NCBI GenBank assembly: GCA_907165135.1
Contig: OU015567.1
Coordinates: forward strand, 1,736,001-1,800,000
DNA from: Oikopleura dioica
Lineage: Eukaryota > Animalia > Chordata
DNA length: 64,000 nucleotides
Reading direction: 5' to 3'
The notes beneath the pieces were generated by a model. The model saw only the letters and a list, made by a program, of their open reading frames with translations, made no database searches and was not told where the DNA came from. The position numbers and the translations under genes were made by a program. Shown here piece by piece: positions 1 to 11,970 of the stretch; the stretch's first letter is position 1; the number at the start of each line of letters is the position of its first letter.

Positions 1-1115
1 AAGTCGGCTGAAGATTTTATTGAATAAGACTTACAATCATGTGATCGTAGGTTTCTTTGCTGATGGTGATCGGGTCAACAAAAACTGTCTGAAAAATTAT
101 TTTACTAAGATGCTCAAAATAATAGATAATATAGTCATACGATATAGTTCCATCAAATGAAATACCCAAACAACGGCTTCTTGGCATTTAGGAGTAGTCA
201 GACTTCCAAGATATCTTAAATAAATAAAATCAGGAAAATAAAACGAAGTTGAAAGTTACCGGAAAAATTGAGAAGTGTCAGCATTGTTGACAAAGAGTTC
301 CATCAAGCTCTTATCCTGAGGATTGACCTGTGCGTCCATTTCTTGAACATTTTCGTCGACGTCCTTTTTGATCAATCGATCGAGCTCATGGTCATCTAGA
401 AGCATTTTCTTGCTAAGAAATAATTGTTTTTTTTTCTTACCTGAAGCGTCGTTTTCGCTCTCTTTTTCGATGAAAAATCCAAGAACTGCGAGCCCATCAC
501 CTTTCCCGACGGCTTCGTCAAAAGAATTACAGACTTAGTTAAGATGCAGGATCCTTTCGATAAGACCTACCCCATATTTCGTGTTCCAGTGAACAAGATG
601 AGCTTCAGCATCGAACTGCTTATCATCCATTTCGTGTTCAGAACCAGGCTCAGAATCGCTGCCCCAGTGAATATGCCAAGAGTGGAACTTGTAGTTGTCA
701 TCGTCGCCGAAGGTGTCGCTGTGCATGTGCATACTGTAAACAATTGTTTATATCCTTCATCATTTTAAAAATTTACTCAGTGTTGGTAGTCGCGACGATG
801 GAATGACCGTTATTTGCAATTGTCCAATCTGCCTTTTCATCGTAATTTTTGAATTTCCATGCCCCCGCGGCTTTGGCGGTTGCAGTTATCGTTTCTGAGA
901 TTTCTTACAAACGAAATTTTTTATATATACTTACGAAGATTAATTGGAGACTGACGAGTTCCATTTACGCATTTCTCATCGTTCCAGCTATCTCCCTGGT
1001 CTTTATCAGCATAAAAAATAAGCTGCCAAAAATTTGATCCTCTTTCTTTTTATACCATTCCTTCATAACCCCAATCGGCAGCTTGAGTTACCGCTAGAAT
1101 GCTAAACACTTTCAT
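1..1115 (-). CDS. Alpha-carbonic anhydrase, secreted type, multi-exon, 3' end runs off the window start
   Basis: Signal-like start MKVFSILAVTQAADWGY (ATG at 1115). Zn-ligand motifs HIHWG..GSEH..EAHLVHWN (535-732). YLGSLTTPKCQEAVVW exon near 150-205. Short GT-AG introns. Confidence 0.92.
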
Positions 1116-1297
1116 CTCTTGAGTTTTTTATTCTTTCAAAAGTTTGAACTTTCAAAAACTTAAAAATAAAAGTCTCAAAACCTCTCGACGGGCTCAATTT
1201 CTGAGTGAGTGAGCAAGTCCTTTTCAAAAATTGAAAGTCGAAAAAATTTCGCTCTGGTGGCGCCCCAAAGATTTTTATCGGGCGCTTCTCGATTGAG

Positions 1298-3651
1298 ATG
1301 TTTTTGCTGAGGACAAAATCGTTCGTTATTTTTTTTTTCTTGGGAGTCGGGGTGAAACCACAGGGTCTTTTCAGGAGTAAGAAAGAATGGGCGAAGCAGC
1401 TTTCAGCAGAGGGAACAAAGATGGGGCTTCGTTCATAAATGCCCTTGGTGGAATTTGCTGTTTCTAGGTCAAGTTCAGATTTTCGGAATCAGATGCAAAA
1501 CGTCGACGAGTTTCATTCGAAACGTATCTGCGAGAGTCAAGTTCTGCCTATCGATTTCTTGGGCATCAAAAATTCATCGTGCTTACACTTTGCGCTAGAA
1601 TCGATTCCAACCATGATTTGTAGAAATCATGCTAAAGATTCTCTATCTTCTGAGTTTTTCCTTTGCCAATTCCGAAGTTTGTGAGCTTTTTGAATGGATA
1701 AAAACCGAGCAGAGAAGCTATATTCTGGCAGAGATTGGGTCGAAGTTGGAGATTGACTGTACTTCTTCCTGGGGAAAGGGAGAGATCTTCAAGTCAGGAG
1801 TAGAGGAGAAAATCAACCACGAAGTCCTCCAAATCGAGAATCTCGAACTCCATCATTTCGGCGAATATATATGCAGAGCAGAATGCGGCGGGGTAGTGAA
1901 ATGGAAAAGCATCAAAGTTGAGCGACAAAAGCGATTCTTCAGAAGGCCCGATGTGCAAATTGGCTACAAACTCGTATCAAAAGAAGGAGAGAACTTTACG
2001 AATACCTTTATCAAGGAAGACTTGGTTCCTGCCTATAATAACGACAATGGACTCTACTGGACAAATCAAACCGTTATTTTAGGTCGGGTTAAAAGGAAAG
2101 GCTCTCGGTATATTCCGTCAATGACGGACTGTCAGACTAACGCTTCAAATCCATAAAAATTAGCTTTATTTTACGATTTCGATTCCTACGGTAGATTTTG
2201 AGACTGATAGCCTCTAGCCTAGATGGTTTCTCGCCCAACTTGCGTCTCATAAATAACCTGACCCATTTTCCCCGTAGGAATCAATGCAATCCTCAAAATC
2301 GTAGAAAAAAGGGCGCGCAGTTTTCATCAAAACAACCCAATAAAGTCTGTGTTGTTTTCGCCGACCCACTTCCTTACATCAATTTCAACGTCTCTTCCAA
2401 TGGCAAGCTCAAAACCGGCTCGTTCATCGCCAAAAATGTCGTCTACACTTGGAATCTTTACGAAAAAACTGACAAAATTTTCTTCAATTGCTCTGCTTCC
2501 AATGCTTTTGGGATGACCTTCAATGGCGGAATGTTGTACCGAATTCAATCGTTTCAGGAGATTCTTGTTGAGTTCATTCCTGTTTGGCTCCCTCCATTGA
2601 CGCTCTTTGCATTTGCGTTTTGCTTGTTCTTCGACGGCTGGAGAAGATACCAAAATGTTTTCAAATATGAGCTCGTCCCGCTCAAACAAGAAAATTTCCA
2701 CCTTCGGCGAGTTGGCTACTGGTTTGGTTCCATCCCTCCTTATGCCAAGATTTACAACTCATCGAGCATCGAACTGGTTGAAATCATAGACGAGGGCTTT
2801 TTTGGCTCCGTTTTCTTGGCAATCTTGGAGAAGAAGAGAAAATGCGTTGTGAAAATGTCGAAAGAAGAGGAAGGAAATTTGTTGGAGGAGATAAACTTGA
2901 TGTGCAGAATTTCGGACCATGGGAATATCGTTCAGTTGATTGGTGTTTTTGTAGATTCGCAGGTAAGTCACATGATACGAATTTAACCATCAACTTTTTC
3001 AGGACAAAAGAAGTAAGGGCCTTCCACTCCCAGTTCTAGAGCACGCGCTTTACGGAAACCTCCGATGTTTTCTCCGTTTTCAGCGTGGTCTCATCGACAA
3101 CACAAAATCCCAACTTCCGAAGATCTCCATCAAACCCCCGTTTCTTCATCAAAAAGCGCTTGAAATCGCCCAAGGAATGGCACATCTGCAAAAGTTCAAA
3201 ATCGTCCACGGCGATTTGGCCGCTCGAAATGTCCTCGTTTTCGAAGATTTGACGGTCAAGATTTCGGACTTTGGAATGTCGAAAAAACTCTCGCAGAATT
3301 ACTACAGAAAGACTTCGAAGGGCATGCTTCCTTTCAAATGGATGGCTCCGGAAAGTCTCCGCGACGCGATTTTTACGGAGAAATCGGACGTCTGGAGCTT
3401 TGGAATTACGATTTGGGAGATTTTCACCCTCGGAGAAACTCCTTACGCTGCCTTGACGGCCGATGAAATTCTTCCTCACTTGAACTCTGGCTCTCGACTT
3501 GAGGTCTGTCTTTATTTTTTAATAAGGAACTGCATGTTTTTAGATATTGGAGAATATGCCAAGAGATTTGTTGGAAAGCTGCTGGCAGAAAAATCTCGTC
3601 GATCGACCATCTTTTGAAGAAATTTTGGATATTTATTTGACACAAATTTGA
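1298..3651 (+). CDS. Receptor tyrosine kinase with Ig-like ectodomain (divergent FGFR/RET-like), multi-exon; start approximate
   Basis: Ig motifs (IDC...GEYICRA; FNCSASNAFG), TM IPVWLPPLTLFAFAFCLFF, kinase motifs DEGFFGSV, VVK, HGDLAARN, DFG, KWMAPE, SDVWSFG. Last exon ...CWQKNLVDRPSFEEIL... stops at 3651. Confidence 0.88.
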
Positions 3652-3873
3652 GCTCAAAGCTTGATTTTTATCAAAAACTTATAATAAATAATGACGTTTT
3701 CGGTTCGACTTGTGCAGATTTCGCTCCGTCGATCTACGACCATAACCATTATCATCATGTTTGACGTTAAATTCAACAGGGGATGAGCTTGATCACCATT
3801 CTGTTTCCAAGATACAAATCACTCTTCTGTTGCAGATGAGCGCAAAATAGAAGCATTTGAGCAAACATCGAAA

Positions 3874-4026
3874 ATGAAAATTTTTGCGTTTTTTTTCGTG
3901 CTCTCGTTTGGGTTGAAAACTGATGATTTCTTGCTGAATCTTCTCAAATCAAAGATTGATCGAAAGTGGAGAAACCCGGCTGTGCGAAAAATTGTCAAAC
4001 CAAACCTGTACGAAATGTTTTTCTGA
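3874..4026 (+). CDS. 50-aa secreted peptide precursor, paralog A (MKIFAFFFVLSFGLKTDDFLLNLLKSKIDRKWRNPAVRKIVKPNLYEMFF)
   Basis: Hand translation. Hydrophobic N-terminus. Frame, length and stop are conserved with the paralog at 4419, with many synonymous changes. Confidence 0.75.
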   Translation: MKIFAFFFVLSFGLKTDDFLLNLLKSKIDRKWRNPAVRKIVKPNLYEMFF

Positions 4027-4418
4027 AAATTAACAAGAAAAAACAAAGCTTTTTATTCTTGTTACGAATATGTTATACAAACTTGGACACAGTCGAAAGA
4101 ACCGTCGGTATTTCGTTTTATAAATTACAGTCCTCCATCAAAAAAGGAGTGAAAGTATAGTATCACAGACATAATGGCAAAATAGAGCGTAGAAGATGCT
4201 ATTTTGTAATGAATTATTGATAATTTGCGCAGATTTTCTCCTCGATCACCAAAAATTACCATTATGATAATTTCTTATATAACAATTCATTATAAAATCC
4301 GTCCTATGACGCCCATTCCACCCTGTTTCCGAGACTCGAAAACAGAATTATTTATTCTAATCAGTCTTCATTTCCCTTTATAACCCGAGCACAGAGAAAT
4401 TAGAACAAACAGCGAAAA

Positions 4419-4571
4419 ATGAAGATCTTTGCTTTTTTCTTCACGTTTTCCTTTGCCTTGAAAACTGACGATTTCTTGCTCAATCTGCTCAAATCAAAAC
4501 TTGATCGAAGATGGAGAGCTCCGACTTCGAGGAAAATTGTCAAACCAACTTTGTCCGAACTTTTTTTCTAA
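4419..4571 (+). CDS. 50-aa secreted peptide precursor, paralog B (MKIFAFFFTFSFALKTDDFLLNLLKSKLDRRWRAPTSRKIVKPTLSELFF)
   Basis: Hand translation. 39/50 aa identical to paralog A. AATAAA lies at the stop. Confidence 0.75.
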   Translation: MKIFAFFFTFSFALKTDDFLLNLLKSKLDRRWRAPTSRKIVKPTLSELFF

Positions 4572-4663
4572 ATAAAATCTTCAAAAAAAAAAACCTGAAA
4601 ATCCGATGTTTATTTATATATGAATTAACAAGCTGAAAGACACAGAAATGAGAAAATATACAG

Positions 4664-5622
4664 TCAGTCCTTTTTACGATGCTTTTCCAACTTTTTCATT
4701 TGCCTACACGAGTTTTCATAAATGCACATTGTCATGATCATAAACTTCAGGAGCGCGTAGAAAAACATGCAGACTAGAAATGTCGGAAATGCAGTTTTTG
4801 AACTCAGTGAAGCGGCGTTCTTTTTGTAGTTTCTCTGGCTCGTCGAGGCGTTTTCAAGCTCAAGTTGCTCCAAAATCTTGTGTGTTTCCGGCATATGATC
4901 GATGAACTTCAATTATTTTTTTATTATTGAAATGATGAAAAAGATTCGCGTATGAATGATCTAATAAGGCCGTCGTTAAAATGGCTTAAGGTGGTAGATA
5001 TCAAGAATCGGATTTGCTGTCAGTGCTTTCTCAAATTTTTAACATAGTGACCCCCTTATTTTTTCGGCTCAAAATTTATTTCAGGCAATTATCTCTTTCC
5101 TATGGAAAAAGCGCGTCTTATATTTAAAACCCGTTAAGACCCTGACTCAGGGTCATCCTGAGACTCAGGGCTTGAGTCAGGTTTTTGGACAGGTTGCCTA
5201 CAGTAGCCTAACTGTAGCCTTAGTGGAGAAGCAAGCGAGTGGGAAAAGATTTCGTTTAACATTTACCTGATTAAAATCCTTATCATGCTCATTGCAAGTC
5301 AGCTTCCCATCCGGGTGTCTCTCACACTTGACTTTTGGAAACTCTTCGATTTGCACATTCTCAATGCCCAGCATCTTAATGTCTTCCGCCCTCAATTCTC
5401 TCACGAAAGAAACATCCGTGTTGATGCCATCTATTTTCAGTGTCCCTTTGCATTCTCCGCGTAGAATCTTCTGTTCCATATTTTTTCTGAAAAAAAATGA
5501 AAATCTACAAAGTAAGCAGCTCTGAAATTGGGCAAAAGTTTATTAGGAGTACGCTCTGTTGGCTGGTCTGAGCGTCGAACATCGTAAATTTGGACGTTTC
5601 GCCCTTTTACGTTCAGAGTCAT
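4664..5622 (-). CDS. Uncharacterised multi-exon protein with a C-terminal transmembrane segment
   Basis: ORF pieces 5198-5479 and 4664-4912 (TM AFPTFLVCMFFYALLKFMIM) and an intervening exon QPVQKPDSSPESQDDPES, flanked by splice signals. Confidence 0.45.
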
Positions 5623-7380
5623 TCACTGGTTTTTATGTTCAAGGCTTCTTAGGGGAAATATATAATGAGTAGATGAACGTATTTTCGAAAAGTTGAATGT
5701 CCTAAAAAAAGTTTTCGAAAATTTTTCTGATGATTTTGACGCCTTAGGGCTCTACTATTTGATTAAAAAGACTTACGGGATTCGAAACATCCCTCTTTTC
5801 TCTAGAAATGATTGAAGGCACGCTGAAAAAGCGTTAACCCAGAGAAAGACAAGCGGTATAAATAAGTCACGTTCGTTGTTTTCTCCTACCTCGTGAAGCT
5901 TGTTTTATTGTCTTGTCTCTAACTCTTTCTTTTACTTTTTTAATTATTTATTCCGACCATTAAGAAACGCATCAATTTATCAACTCTAGCACAAAAAACC
6001 TAGTTGAGCTTGACTTGTCGTTATCACCTCGAGCAATTATCGGTAACCAAGCGGAAACAAAACTTGAAAATACACTTGCTCCCGTGGGAAACAGCCATAC
6101 AGTTGGTCATGTGTTAGTTAACAATTTTTACGATGGTTTTTACAAATGGTCCTTGATATAAATTACCTGATAGATTACCGAAGTCTGGATCAATTGAAAT
6201 TCACTCTAAATTTGTACTCTTAATTAATAAGTTCGTTCTCAAGGTTGATTATGGTCAAAATGGAGCGGTGAAAAACGATACCGCCCGTGACTCGCGTATT
6301 CTGAGCGCTACGTGGCTCTATTTTCAGAAACCGTCTGCGCACCACGAGGTAGGTTTTGCATGTGTTGCTGTTCGTGTTTCACCCCCGCGAGAGTTTCAAA
6401 GTAATAATTTTGCCGTAAGCTCTTTTCCATCTAAGAAATCAAGGATCCAACTAAATAAATTAATGCCGAAATGATAATTATTCGACACTACAATATCGTA
6501 CTGTTAAAACAGTTTCAACTTGAAGCTTTCAAGCTAAATCAATATTCAATTTTACGGTTTGATTCATAAATGTTCCGGTCGTCCAAACTCAGCAAGTAAC
6601 AATCGATTTTTATTTCATATAAGGACGACAATAAGCCGAAAGATTTCACTTTTGTTAATGAAATAACAGTTAAAAGTAACTACACATTTATTGGATAAAA
6701 AAGAAGTACAATGCAAGAAATTTTCTGCTAAGAAGAAACTTCTTTTAGAGAGCTTGAAACCACACTGTCACTTTGAAAATGAATCGTTAAAATAAGCTTC
6801 AATTCCATTTAGGTCCCAGGTACTTCGGTAATGAATTCATTGATAGAATATTCTTATATAAATAATTATGCTCAAAATTCTGTATGCTATAAATGAAACG
6901 TTACCCTCTCATATTTTTGCGTCAACTTAAGCGTTAAAAGATATATAAATAATATGACAAAAACGTTATAACTTATAAGAGACTCGTATATTGTTCTGCT
7001 ATACTAACATTTTGCAAGAATTTCCCTGTTTACAAAGCCATGAATAAAGTAAAAGCCACTTGAGTTTATCATCTCATTGTTCCTCTAAAAGAACGGCCTT
7101 TGATTCCCAAAGTCGCCCATGACTAGGGTGAAAAAAACTTTGCACACTTTTCTTCCGAAATTCAAGATTTAACGATAAACGCATAAATCTGGAGAGTAGG
7201 CAAATACAGTGAGAAGCAGCAAGAGAACGTAAAGTCAGTTTACGAAAGAAATACTGTTTGCTTTTTTTCACGCGTGTTGATTTTAGTCTGAATATTTCTC
7301 TACGACTTTTTTTTCGGGCACACGAATGTGCCCCGGGCAAACAGGCACGCAAGAGTTGAGAAATACTAGTTGATCGAAAA

Positions 7381-10300
7381 ATGGTAGAGAGTAAAAAGAA
7401 GAAAAGAGCACCGCCACCGAAACCTACAGTTACTCAAGATGGATCCAGAGATTCTGGAGTCGGGAACTCGCCGAAGGGCACAACACAGCCAGAAAAGACG
7501 AAGAAGAAAAGGGCACCCTTGCCGGCACCGGTTAAAGCGAGACAGCTGAGCAATAGTGGTCAGGCCGTAGCGATGCCGATAACAGGTTAATACAGTGAAC
7601 CCCCTTATTTTTTATCATGTTTATTACTTATTTTTGCGGTAGTTGTTCAAGACTATCGGTGAGAATTCAAAAATTGAGCGTTTTACGCTCGTTTTTTTTT
7701 GAAAAAATGTCTTTTTTGACAAAAAAGTACTAGAAAAATGTTTATTTGAATTTTTTTCTTTCAGACATCAAAACCATCCAAAGCGGCAAAAGCAAACTCG
7801 TCAGTACTCAGGAATGCTATCAAAAACTTTTTGTCTTGTGAAAACTTGGGAGTAATGAACTCTTGATGTCTCTAAAGTTTTCGTCATCAGCTTCGGCTTA
7901 AAAATAATGCAAATATTAGTTGCACGTTGGAATTCGTTGACAATTGTCCAATAGATATTGAACGACCTTGGATTTTATCCGTTGTAGTCGATTTCTTTCT
8001 TGATCAGCAAATAAAGAAACAACAGAAGGAGAGCTCTTTATCGAGTATAGAAGGAGATGATTTTGGAGCTAGTCAATTTGCTGGAAATTCCAAAAATTTA
8101 TCAAGAAAATGGATCAAAAAAAAACTTGAAGAAAATTTTTCTTCGTTGAAAGTTTTTGATCAAAAAAATGGCCATGAGATCATTAAAGTTCTGAGCTATC
8201 ATCTCGAAATCCCATGTCTTTGCATATTCATAAATGCCTCTCATAATTCTCTCCAATGCAAATAGTAAGAGCTGTCCGTCAGATGAAAAAATTCTTCTGT
8301 TTACTTTTCGTATGTTTCACGAGCATCTACTGATAGTAATTTTTGATCCTGATGAAAGAATTACATTTTCCGAGCATATGATGGATGATGATGGGGATTT
8401 CTTTTCTGATCCAGTTTTTGGTACCGCTGAACCGACAAAAAATCCATCACCCGAACCAGAACCGAAAAAGGATGAAGAGCCAAAAGTTGAACCAGAGCCA
8501 GTCGAGGACTTTGAACCGGAAATTGAGCCTGAACCAGAAGTAGAACCCGAACCAGAAGTTGAAGAAGAGCCGGAACCCGAGGCAGAGCCAGAACCAGAAG
8601 TCGCACTTTCTGATGATGGGTCAACAGTTGATTACGTATCAGATATTGAAGAAGACCCAAAATTCCCCGAAAAACAAGTCAAACAAGCAAATGCTGATAG
8701 TAGCGAAAAACAGAAGCAGCAAACAAATCCAGGCGAATTCGAAGAAGAAACAAATTTCGACGATTTGTTTGGCAGCGATAGCGAGTTTACTGAGACAGAG
8801 GATTGTATGAAAAAGATTAGAGACGTGTGAAGATTCAAGCGCTTTTTAGTTTCTGAGAGGTCGGAAGAAAAAGAAGCAGATACTGGTTATTTTGAGGGAA
8901 GCACGAAGTCGGACTGTGATGGGAAATCAGACAGCATGGAGAAAGTTGAGAAAGAAACTGTCAAAATGATGTACGTAAATTGCGACTTTCCGGCTAAATT
9001 TTCAGCTTGATTTAACAGATTAATACCCTTATTTTATGATGACTCGAGAAAAATAAACTCTTTCTTTTGACTTTTGCTCCTAAAATAAGGGTGTCATTTT
9101 GCTAATTTTCGTTTAGATAAATTTGTTTTCGATCGTTACCCCCTTAATCCAAAAAGACAATCTCGAGTTGTTTTTGGGCCTGAAAAAACTTTCATAAATC
9201 CTTCCTCAAACAAAATGGACAAAGAAGTCAGTCACCTTAAGTTTCGTGAAAAGCTGCAGTGGCGAACTTATAAAGTCAACGAGCGTCTGATGATGCATTA
9301 ATTGCCTTTCCGTTTTGCGTTAACGATTTGTTTAGCTCCGCAGCAGAACAAAAAGTCGAAGCTCGGCCCCCGATTCAACAAGAAAGAAAAACTTCCTTCA
9401 CTATTGTGCCTGGAAAGGGGCAACTTGAGAAACTCCAAAGCCAGAGTATTTATGCTACTGTGAATAGAGCGAAGATTATGGAACAGGAACGGGATTTTAA
9501 ACGAGTATTTTTCGGTAATAGAAGAAAAATGAAGTAAAAACCCTGAAAAAGACGAGCTCTCAAAAAGGACATGCAGCGATTCTGAACGAACTCAGTGCGC
9601 TAAAAGACCAAATCGCAGCCTTGAAAAATAAAAACTCCAAAGCGCAAGTTCCGGTAGTTGATCACCTCCCCGTCATTTTTTTTCGATAGTGCATTTTCAG
9701 TACACAGTGGTTAAAGCCGTCCATAAATTTCGAAATGAGCATGAGCGGCCAGTTCCATCCCAGAAACCGCCGATCGCGGCAAAGCCAAAAAGGCAAGATC
9801 GAATATATCTGGTATTTTCTTACTGTTAAATTACAGTAGAACAGGCAGCGCAAGCTTGCAACTGGACGAACAAGGCAACATTGTACGCCCAGGATCAGTT
9901 TCCAGTCAGCCAGAATCATCAAAATCGTCATCTCCCGTAACAGTAGCGCCAAAGCCAGTGACAACAATGCCGCTCGATCAAAACGGCAACATTCGCATTG
10001 TCAACAAGCCGCGAACCAACTCGACTACCTTTGAGGTGAGAAAAACTGATTTACAGAAACAGAAGAAAAAATGTTCAGAGAAATAATTATTGAATTTCAG
10101 ATTCCAAAGCTGAAACAAGTTTATTCCAGCCAGCAGTATCAACAGATTCCGCAAAGTAATCAGGAAAGGTTTATTACAACAGATATGAAGGTTCAATTTT
10201 AAAACCTTGAATTGAAATAAAACCTCCTAAAGCACCAGTCTCCGCAGCCCGCGCAACCCCAGTTTCCCCAGCACATCAACCCTGGCCCCGGCTATCCCCA

Positions 10301-11885
10301 AATGGACCCCCGAATGTCTTTCCAATACATACCTCAGTACCAACCCTTGCCACAGCAGTTCCAACCCAGCCAGTCCATGGATGCGCAGCAGTACCAACAG
10401 TACATTCAACAACACCAACACATGATGCAGTACCATCAGCAACAACAACAAGCTCAAGCAGCTCAAGCTTATGGAACTTATCATCCTCATCAACAAGCGC
10501 CGCAGCAATTCCAAAATCACATGGCTCCTCAATCTAATCAACCTCAAGCTCAAAAGTTTCACCCGATTGCGGCGCAGCAAAATTATAATCCAAGTCGAGG
10601 TATATTCTTTATACTTCTTAGCGAACAAAAACAGCGTTTTTTTATCATTTTTCTCACAAAACAATTTTTGAACCATTTTTCATAGACACCTCGGATCAAC
10701 TGGACATTGGTAACCCGTTCGATCAAGCCTCTTTCTAACTGTGTTTTTTTTCTCCAAAATTGCGCACTGTGATTGAAAGTCATGTGATTCTTCATGAGAT
10801 CATGTGATTTTTAATTTCTTCATTTACCGAACTTGCGAATCTGAAATGTGATTTACTCTCGCTTTATTAATTTGGCTTGTATTAGGCGCAGCGCCCATTG
10901 ATTCGGTTTATGGACCCTCGAGGAGCATTTCCGAGAGCGGCTCACTCGCTCGCGGCCAAATCAATGCCAACCAAAACAACTCGAGAATGATGAAAACTTC
11001 GGTGAACTCTTCCATGTCCAGTCCTTCGCCGTCAATGAGCTCTGAAGAGGGGGCCGCTCAGGATAACAAAACAAACGCGGCGTTTCCTTTTGGCAAGAAA
11101 TTATCGCTCAAAAAGCCTCAACAACGGTTAGTCTTCCTTGTTATCAAAAACTGAATTCCGAACTAAGTGAACTCGTCGTGACCCAAACTCCCCGAGAGCA
11201 GTTATTAAGCGAAGTGCAAAGCATTGCTCAAGCTCGGGGCGACACGACTTCATCCATTCCGGCCGGTTTCGTCAGGCAGCTTTCGACGAGCAACGATGCT
11301 CAGAATTCCAACTCGATTTCCACGATGAACAGCTCTCCTCCTCCAGTGATGCTCAAGCCGGTGAGCGAGAGAAAATTGAAAGAAAAGAAGGAAGAATTGA
11401 CCACACACGAAGAGTTGATGCGACAGATTCAAAGATCAAGATCAGTTGCGGATCAATACATTGCAGATGGAACGATCAAGGCGACGAATGGAGCTCCTCC
11501 TCCGCCACCACCAGCTCCAGTTCTTGCGCCACAGTTGAAAAAAGTCAATGTAAAGGTGAGCTTTTCATTATCTTATCCATTTCTTACCAAAAACTTTTTC
11601 AAGCAACTTCCAAAAGTCGAGCAACTAACACCTCAAGAAGCCCTCCTAAGCGAGATCCGCTCTCGTGGAAATAAATCTCAAGACTATGTCTACGACGGGA
11701 CAAACACAGAACGAGTCAACCCCGACCAGCCTCCTCCTCCTCCTGCTCCTGTTTTGAATCTCAAGCCAGTTTCGAATACAACCAGCAGAAGTCAAAAGCC
11801 TCTACCGCCAAAAGAAGAAGACCCGAGGGACTTTTTACTGTCTCAAATCAGGGCAGGCTTTACGCTGAAACCTGTTCAAAATTAA
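7381..11885 (+). CDS. Cordon-bleu-like actin regulator candidate (N-terminal KRAP motifs, PE-rich and Q-rich linkers, C-terminal polyproline/WH2-like repeats); could be more than one gene
   Basis: KKRAPPPKP and KKRAPLPAP at the N-terminus. C-terminal [19 protein letters not shown] is a canonical WH2, preceded by three WH2-like helices and PPPPP tracts. Confidence 0.55.
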
Positions 11886-11970
11886 TTTAATAAACAAATT
11901 GTAAATACTAGTTTTTATTTGAAAAAAGTAGTGTCAGGACGAGAATAGGAATCAAAAATGAAGAATTGCC

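Noticed and set aside
5140-5190. CTGACTCAG repeats as further copies of the dispersed AP-1-like motif
   Set aside because: They are explained as coding sequence (PDSSPESQDDPES) of the minus-strand gene.
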